A stretch of DNA of 64,000 nt. Source: an uncultured delta proteobacterium (GTDB lineage Bacteria > Desulfobacterota > Binatia > Binatales > Binataceae). Below are positions 58,459-64,000 of this stretch, piece by piece. Positions within the stretch are counted from its first letter, which is position 1; each line of letters starts with the position of its first letter. The position numbers and the translations under genes are program-made. The DNA lies in the NCBI GenBank assembly GCA_963711565.1, contig CAVQEQ010000004.1, forward strand, positions 768,001 to 832,000. The letters run 5' to 3'. The notes under the pieces are model-generated. The model was not told where the DNA came from, did no database searches, and saw only the letters and a program-made list of their open reading frames with translations.

Positions 58459-59355
58459 CTAATCGATCATCGTCTGCAAATCGGTGGGAATAGGCGCGGT
58501 CACTTTGACGTGACCGACCGCCGGCGAGTCGAACGCCACATCGCATAGATGCAGCCAGAAGCGTCCGTGCGGAAGCGACTCGCTCGCGGGGCCGCCGTAG
58601 AGAGTGTCGCCAACGATAGGATGGCCGAGGCTCGCCAGGTGCACGCGAATCTGATGGCGGCTGCCGGTCTTCGGCGCGATTGACAACAGCGTGAATTCAA
58701 CGACGCGGCGGATCGGCTCGACCACAGTGATCGCGGCGCGGCCTGCGCGTTTCGGATTCGTGCTCGACGGATCGCCGACGATCATCTTGCGCGCATTCTT
58801 GGCATGATGTGCGATCGGCGTATCGATCTCGGTCTTGCGTTCGACGAAGCCGGCGACGAGCGCTTCGTAGCGCCGCGCGATACGTCCGGCGCGAATCGCG
58901 TCGCGCAGTTTTTCAAACGTCCCGCGATTGCGCGCGATCAGCAGAGCGCCGGAAGTGCCGTTGTCCAGCCGATGCAGCAAGCCGCCTTCGAGCGGCTTCT
59001 CGCCAACGGTCGCAACATCGGGGAACCGCGCGACGACGGCGTTCATCACAGTGTCGCGCTCGTCGGCATTCAGCGGATGGCACGGCATGCCGCCAGGTTT
59101 GTTGACGACGATCACGCTCGCGTCTTCGTGGATAACCTCGAGCGCGAGGTCGGCATTCGGCTCGATTACGGCGCGTCGATTCGTCGCCGCAACTTCAACT
59201 CGATCCTCGGCGCCGACGACTTCACTTTTCTTCGAGCGCCGCCCGTTGATTCGCACCAACCCGCGTTCGACCAGTTCCTGCGCCACGCGCCGCGACGGCG
59301 CGAAACCGGTGCGCACGAGGTAGTGATCGAGGCGTTCCTTTGATTCGTCGGGCAA
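58459..59355 (-). CDS. RluA/RluD-family pseudouridine synthase
   Basis: S4 domain, VNKPGG, HRLDNGTSG, TGSRHQIRVH, GHPIVGDTLYG. Confidence 0.92.
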   Translation of the reverse strand: MPDESKERLDHYLVRTGFAPSRRVAQELVERGLVRINGRRSKKSEVVGAEDRVEVAATNRRAVIEPNADLALEVIHEDASVIVVNKPGGMPCHPLNADERDTVMNAVVARFPDVATVGEKPLEGGLLHRLDNGTSGALLIARNRGTFEKLRDAIRAGRIARRYEALVAGFVERKTEIDTPIAHHAKNARKMIVGDPSSTNPKRAGRAAITVVEPIRRVVEFTLLSIAPKTGSRHQIRVHLASLGHPIVGDTLYGGPASESLPHGRFWLHLCDVAFDSPAVGHVKVTAPIPTDLQTMID

Positions 59356-59361
59356 GTGGCT

Positions 59362-60234
59362 CTAGTGCTCCCAGACCAGCTTGGGGTTTTGCTCCCAGGG
59401 TCGAACCTGGAGGGTCCAGCCGGATAGTTGCGGGTAAAACTTGCCGCCGGCTGCGTCGCACGCTTGCCTGGTGGCGATCGAACCGTTGAAGCCGAACTTC
59501 GTCCCGTCCACCGTCTTCTTGTCGGTACTGCGAGCCGGGAGGCACAGATTAACGTCTCGATGCCATCGCGCGACGCTCAGCGGGACGAGCTGGTCGAGCT
59601 GATCTTCGCCGGTGTCATTCTGATCGATGTAGGTCGCCCCGACCAGCTTGTAGCCGCCGTCAGAAGTCGGCTGGTAGAGCAACGAAGTCGGATCGCTGAT
59701 ACTGAACGCGCTCTTCGGATCGCTCGAGCGCTTCCAGAAGCCGACCTCGGGAACTTTGAATTCGGGATGAAACGGTTCGAAGCCGTCGGCCTCGGCGATG
59801 CGATAGTCCTGGTATTTGGCGAGCGCATGCTGAAGATCCGTCACGAGGGACGCCGCGCGCGCTTTGTCCGCGTCGTTCTCGGGCCGCAGGTCGGTGTACT
59901 CGATGTGCAGCGACATATTCTTCAGGTCGAGGCCGTGTAGTCGCGCAAAAAACAACTCGGCGTAAGTGATCCGCAAGAGTCCGACGGCGAAGGTGGCGGT
60001 TAGAAAGGCGAAGAACCATCTGCGGGATTTCCTGAACGCGTCCAGGTGCTCGGGAGCGATCTCATGCTGCCAGCGAGTATTGAACGGCAGGAACGACAGC
60101 AGGTTCACTCTGACCGAGTAGAGCCGCCGAATCTTGTTCGGAGGAGCAGTCTTCGTCAAGCCTACCAGAAAGACCAGAAACAAAACCGGCATGCTGAACG
60201 AATCGACTAGGTCGAGCAGTCTGACGAGGTTCAT
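59362..60234 (-). CDS. Hypothetical membrane-anchored protein
   Basis: Two N-terminal TM segments; KYQD..IAEADGF, PTSLLY, KLVGATY, WH. Confidence 0.7.
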   Translation of the reverse strand: MNLVRLLDLVDSFSMPVLFLVFLVGLTKTAPPNKIRRLYSVRVNLLSFLPFNTRWQHEIAPEHLDAFRKSRRWFFAFLTATFAVGLLRITYAELFFARLHGLDLKNMSLHIEYTDLRPENDADKARAASLVTDLQHALAKYQDYRIAEADGFEPFHPEFKVPEVGFWKRSSDPKSAFSISDPTSLLYQPTSDGGYKLVGATYIDQNDTGEDQLDQLVPLSVARWHRDVNLCLPARSTDKKTVDGTKFGFNGSIATRQACDAAGGKFYPQLSGWTLQVRPWEQNPKLVWEH

Positions 60235-60283
60235 CGGAGTGCCACGACCGCAACGCGTATCGGCTGCACTACGACTATTCTCT

Positions 60284-60451
60284 CTACTTGCTCGCGGCGG
60301 CGCTGGTCGGAGTCGTGGCCGGCGGACGATTGTACACTGAGAATTGAGCAGTCGCGGCGTACAGCAGAATCCCGAGCAGGATTGCTGCCGTGAGAATATC
60401 CACGAAGCCGAGTTGCGTTGCGCCGCGCGCCATACGATTGAGTCGCCGCAT
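60284..60451 (-). CDS. Small single-pass membrane protein
   Basis: MRRLNRMARGATQLGFVDILTAAILLGILLYAA; purine-rich RBS just after the uvrA stop. Confidence 0.5.
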   Translation of the reverse strand: MRRLNRMARGATQLGFVDILTAAILLGILLYAATAQFSVYNRPPATTPTSAAASK

Positions 60452-60474
60452 TCGTTCTCCTTCCCGTCTCACCA

Positions 60475-63396
60475 CTATACTCCGGCCGCCGTGCGCAAAG
60501 CCGAACGGACCTGGCGGCCGCGCTCGGGTAATCCGAACAAGCGCCGCAACTCGCGGCCGGTCTCGGACTTCTCGCACGCCGCGATGTCCAGCGGAGAACC
60601 TGTAGCCACGACGCGGCCGCCCTCGTCGCCGCCGCCCGGTCCGAGGTCGATTACGTAATCGGCGTTCGCGATGAACTCGAGGTTGTGCTCGATCACGACC
60701 AGCGTGTTGCCCTCGGTGACCAGCCGGTTGAGCACTTTGATCAGGCGCTTGATGTCGGTCGAGCTGAGGCCGGTGGTCGGCTCGTCGAGGATGAACATGC
60801 GCGGCAGATGCTTGCCGTCTTCGCCCGCCGGCGCGGGTTCGAGATCGGACAGCAGAAAGCGCGCGAGCTTGAGGCGCTGCGCCTCGCCGCCGGACAGCGT
60901 CGAGGTGGTTTGCCCAAGGCGAATGTAGCCGAGGCCGACCGCAATCAGAGCGTCGAGCCGCTTGACGATCGCGGGGTGATGGATGAAAAACGCGCGCGCG
61001 TCCTCGACGGTGAGATCGAGCACCTGGTTGATGCTGTAGTTGCGCAGTTTGATCGCGAGAATATGGCTCTGGAAGCGGCGGCCGTCGCACGCGTCGCATT
61101 TCACTTCGAGGTCCGCCATGAAATGCATCTCGATCGTGACGGTGCCGGTGCCGCTGCACTTTTCGCAGCGCCCGCCCGTGACGTTGAACGAAAAATGCCG
61201 CGCCTGCACGCCCAGCCGCCGCGCCTCGGGACTCGCGGCGAACAGCTTGCGGATTTCGTCGTAGATTTTCAGATAGGTTGCCGGATTCGAGCGCATCGAG
61301 CGCGTCGGCAATTCCTGCCCCATGTGCACCATCTCGCCGATCAGCTCGAGGCCGTCGATATGGTCACACTCGCCCGGCTCGGCCGAGGTGTTGCCCGAGC
61401 GGCGCAGATAATTGTTGTAGAGCACGTCCTCGACCAGCGTCGATTTTCCCGATCCGGAAACGCCCGTCACGCAAATCATGCGACCGGCCGGGAGGGCAAC
61501 GTCGAGGCCGGCGAGGTTGTGCTCGCGCGCGCCGACGATTCGAATCGCGGGATCGCGCTTGGAGAATTTGTGCTGCTTGGCAATCGCGCGCATCAGCAGC
61601 ACGCGTCCCGGCGACGACGCCATGCTGTCGAGCGTCGCCTTCGCCGGCGGCCCCGAGTAGGTCAGCTCGCCGCCTTCGCTGCCGCCGCCGGGACCAAGCT
61701 CGACGACGTGATCGGCGCCCGCGATCATCGCGGGATCGTGTTCGACGACGACCACCGTGTTGCCGAAGTCGCGCAGGCTGTAGAGCACCGCGAGCAACCG
61801 CCGCGCGTCCGCCGCGTGCAGTCCGACAGTAGGCTCGTCGAGCGCATACAGCGTCCCGACCAGCACGCTGCCGAGCGCGCTCGCGAGATGAATTCGCTGC
61901 GCCTCGCCGCCCGACAGCGTGCGCGCCTGCCGCTCGACGGTCAGGTAGCCGAGGCCGACCTCGACCAGGTAGCTGACGCGATTGCGCAGTTCGCGCATTA
62001 CGACCGCCGCGCGCGTCGCGACTTCGGGGATCGATTGGATCTTGTCGAGCCACGCGACGAGGTCGCGAATCGCGAGCCGTCCGATGTCGGCGATCGAACG
62101 GCCGTCCACCAGCACGTTGAGCGCCTCGGCCTTCAGCTTGGCGCCGCCGCATGCGGGACAGGTGACGAAGCGGCGATACTTCGCGAGCAGAATCCGCACG
62201 TGAGTCTTGTAGCGCCGGCCTTCGAGCCACTTGAAGAAGCCGCGCACGCCCGGCCACTTGTCTTCGTCCCACTTCGCGCGCGGACCCTCGTCGCCGTCGA
62301 GCAGCCAGGTGCGCTCCTCGTCGGTCATCTCGCGAAACGGCGCCGACGCGCGGATTTTCCTGCGCCGCGCCAGCTTCAGCATCCACTCGTTCATCTCGCG
62401 ATAGGCCGGCGTGCGCCACGGCGCGACGAGCCCGTTGCGCATCGAGCGGCTGTGATCCGGAATCACCTTGTCGAGATCGAGCTCGACGGTGCGGCCGAAG
62501 CCTTCGCATTCGGGACACGCGCCGATTGGGCTGTTGGAGGAAAACAGCGCTGTGGTCGGCTCGGCAAATGCGGTGGCGCAGCGCGAGCAGTTGAAGCGAC
62601 GGTCGAAATCGAGCGCGCCGACGCTATGTGTGTTGCCGTTGTCGCGCTCGACGCGCACGGCGCGCGCGCGCCCGCCGCCCAGGTAAAAAGCCTTCTCGAG
62701 CGCCTCGCGCACGCGCTCGATCTCGCCTTCGCCGCCGCTGACCGAGATGCGATCGACGACGACCATCATCGTGCTGTCAATCGGCGGCTGCTGCGATGTC
62801 CCGTTCTGCGCTTCAGCCGCGATCGCGCGCGCGGCGAGTTCCGCGGTTTCTGTGATCGCATCGTTGGCATAGATGCGATGGTATCCGTTCTGAATCAGGT
62901 AGCCGGCCGCGTCGGGGATCGAGCGCGAACCCGCCTCGAACGGCGCGAGGATAACGTAGAGTCCGGGTGCCGCGAGGATTTGCGCGCCGGCACTCTCGAC
63001 GCTGTCGCGGCTGACCTCGCCGCCGCACTTCGGACAAACGGTGCGTCCGACCGTCGCGAACAGCAGCCGCAGGTAGTCGCTGATTTCGGTGACGGTGCCG
63101 ACCGTCGAGCGCGCATTCTTGATGGTGTTTTTCTGGCGCAGCGCGAGCGCCGGCGGAATCTCGGAAATCGAATCGACGTCCGGCCGTTCCATCCGTTCCA
63201 GGAACAGCCGCGCATACGTCGAGAGGCTCTGCACGTAGCGCCGCTGCCCCTCGGCATAAACGGTGTCGAAGACGAGACTCGACTTGCCCGAGCCGGAGAC
63301 GCCGGTGACGACGGTCAGTTTGTCGCGGGGAATTTCGAGCGAAATATCAGCCAGGTTATGAGTGCGCGCGCCCCGGATACTGATTGAGCGATCCAA
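60475..63396 (-). CDS. uvrA: UvrA-family excinuclease ABC subunit A (possibly a paralogue)
   Basis: [16 protein letters not shown], zinc fingers, LSGGEAQR twice, DEPT. Confidence 0.9.
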   Translation of the reverse strand: MDRSISIRGARTHNLADISLEIPRDKLTVVTGVSGSGKSSLVFDTVYAEGQRRYVQSLSTYARLFLERMERPDVDSISEIPPALALRQKNTIKNARSTVGTVTEISDYLRLLFATVGRTVCPKCGGEVSRDSVESAGAQILAAPGLYVILAPFEAGSRSIPDAAGYLIQNGYHRIYANDAITETAELAARAIAAEAQNGTSQQPPIDSTMMVVVDRISVSGGEGEIERVREALEKAFYLGGGRARAVRVERDNGNTHSVGALDFDRRFNCSRCATAFAEPTTALFSSNSPIGACPECEGFGRTVELDLDKVIPDHSRSMRNGLVAPWRTPAYREMNEWMLKLARRRKIRASAPFREMTDEERTWLLDGDEGPRAKWDEDKWPGVRGFFKWLEGRRYKTHVRILLAKYRRFVTCPACGGAKLKAEALNVLVDGRSIADIGRLAIRDLVAWLDKIQSIPEVATRAAVVMRELRNRVSYLVEVGLGYLTVERQARTLSGGEAQRIHLASALGSVLVGTLYALDEPTVGLHAADARRLLAVLYSLRDFGNTVVVVEHDPAMIAGADHVVELGPGGGSEGGELTYSGPPAKATLDSMASSPGRVLLMRAIAKQHKFSKRDPAIRIVGAREHNLAGLDVALPAGRMICVTGVSGSGKSTLVEDVLYNNYLRRSGNTSAEPGECDHIDGLELIGEMVHMGQELPTRSMRSNPATYLKIYDEIRKLFAASPEARRLGVQARHFSFNVTGGRCEKCSGTGTVTIEMHFMADLEVKCDACDGRRFQSHILAIKLRNYSINQVLDLTVEDARAFFIHHPAIVKRLDALIAVGLGYIRLGQTTSTLSGGEAQRLKLARFLLSDLEPAPAGEDGKHLPRMFILDEPTTGLSSTDIKRLIKVLNRLVTEGNTLVVIEHNLEFIANADYVIDLGPGGGDEGGRVVATGSPLDIAACEKSETGRELRRLFGLPERGRQVRSALRTAAGV

Positions 63397-63412
63397 GCTT
63401 GCTCCCAGCTGC

Positions 63413-63634
63413 TTACCGCGGGTCTGCGATCGGGCGCGCTTTTTTCTTGCGCTCGCCCGGATATTCGTCGGCCACTTTTGCGTACAACTCGGCGAGCTGG
63501 ACGTCGAACTTCGCCTGGATGCGCCGGGTTTCGGCTTCGCGTTCGGCCGTCGGGAGTGGAGCGAGCTTGCCCAGCTCCTCTTCGAGCCGTTGCATCAGGC
63601 GATTTCGCGCCACGAGGTATTCGTATCCGTTCAT
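63413..63634 (-). CDS. Small hypothetical helical protein
   Basis: MNGYEYLVARNRL.. ORF with GAGG RBS directly upstream of uvrA. Confidence 0.6.
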   Translation of the reverse strand: MNGYEYLVARNRLMQRLEEELGKLAPLPTAEREAETRRIQAKFDVQLAELYAKVADEYPGERKKKARPIADPR

Positions 63635-63725
63635 AGGCGCCAAAACCTCAAAGTTCAAAGATCAGAATTATATGTTATCCTGCAACGAGCGAACAGCCCG
63701 GCGCCTCGCCGCCGAGCGCGCAGAT

Positions 63726-64000
63726 GTGGATATCCATATTGAATTATCATCCGAATCGCGCGTCGAAATTCTTCGCGCGTGGCCCGATGTCTCCATCTGC
63801 CACGGCTTCATCGGGCGCGTTGGCGGCGTCAGCACGGGCGCGTTCGCCGCGATGAATCTTTCGTATTGGGTTGGCGATGACGAACGCGCTGTCGATACGA
63901 ACTGGCAGCGCCTACGTCGCGAGGTGCCGGCGCTCGAGATCGTCGCGCGGTTGAACCAGGTGCATGGCAATGTCGTTCACGCGGCGACTCGTGATACTGC
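63726..64000 (+). CDS. pgeF: PgeF/YfiH peptidoglycan editing factor (3' truncated by window)
   Basis: Own translation: CHGFIGRVGGVS....MNLSYWVGDD...NW...LNQVHGNVV. Confidence 0.85.
   Translation, partial: MDIHIELSSESRVEILRAWPDVSICHGFIGRVGGVSTGAFAAMNLSYWVGDDERAVDTNWQRLRREVPALEIVARLNQVHGNVVHAATRDT

Noticed and set aside
60284-60451. Type IV pilin call for the small membrane protein
   Set aside because: It has G-F followed by a hydrophobic helix but lacks the conserved Glu at +5, and no pilus genes are nearby
60685-63387. 900-aa plus-strand ORF
   Set aside because: Antisense shadow of uvrA caused by high-GC codon bias; no recognisable motifs
1-64000. CRISPR array, cas genes, retron or other reverse transcriptase
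   Set aside because: No regularly spaced repeats, cas motifs or RT (YxDD) motifs were seen by eye

Overview
High-GC bacterial DNA in two parts. The gene content loosely suggests a Deltaproteobacteria-like or Binatota-like soil organism, but that is inference only. Bases 1 to about 46,295 are the right-hand part of a large integrative, conjugative or mobilisable element. It carries the 3' end of a VirD4/TraG coupling protein, a MOBQ-type oriT and a TraA relaxase-helicase. Its cargo includes a broken Avs3a/Avs3b antiphage locus; an intact hipB-hipA-nuclease/STAND NTPase operon; and an FHA-FHA-Ser/Thr kinase module joined to two orphan Rhs cassettes with peptidoglycan-targeting C-termini and periplasmic immunity genes. 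Further cargo is an IS21, ardC, a DUF4011 helicase-nuclease, a secreted thiaminase I, GIY-YIG and HEPN genes, and a decayed DNA methyltransferase whose duplicated 3' end brackets an AT-rich cassette. The element ends in an RHH regulator, an excisionase and a tyrosine integrase abutting the 5' end of tRNA-Arg(UCG). Bases 46,296-64,000 look like host chromosome: hicAB, grxC, purN, purM, comF, a CoA transferase, a TolC-family gene, an RluA-family gene, a UvrA paralogue and pgeF. The best candidates for undescribed systems are (i) the hipBA-coupled nuclease-STAND gene and (ii) the membrane kinase with a WNK-like lysine shift and an Ivy-like motif, next to FHA proteins and cell-wall Rhs toxins. All family calls come from recalled motifs; no database search was run.
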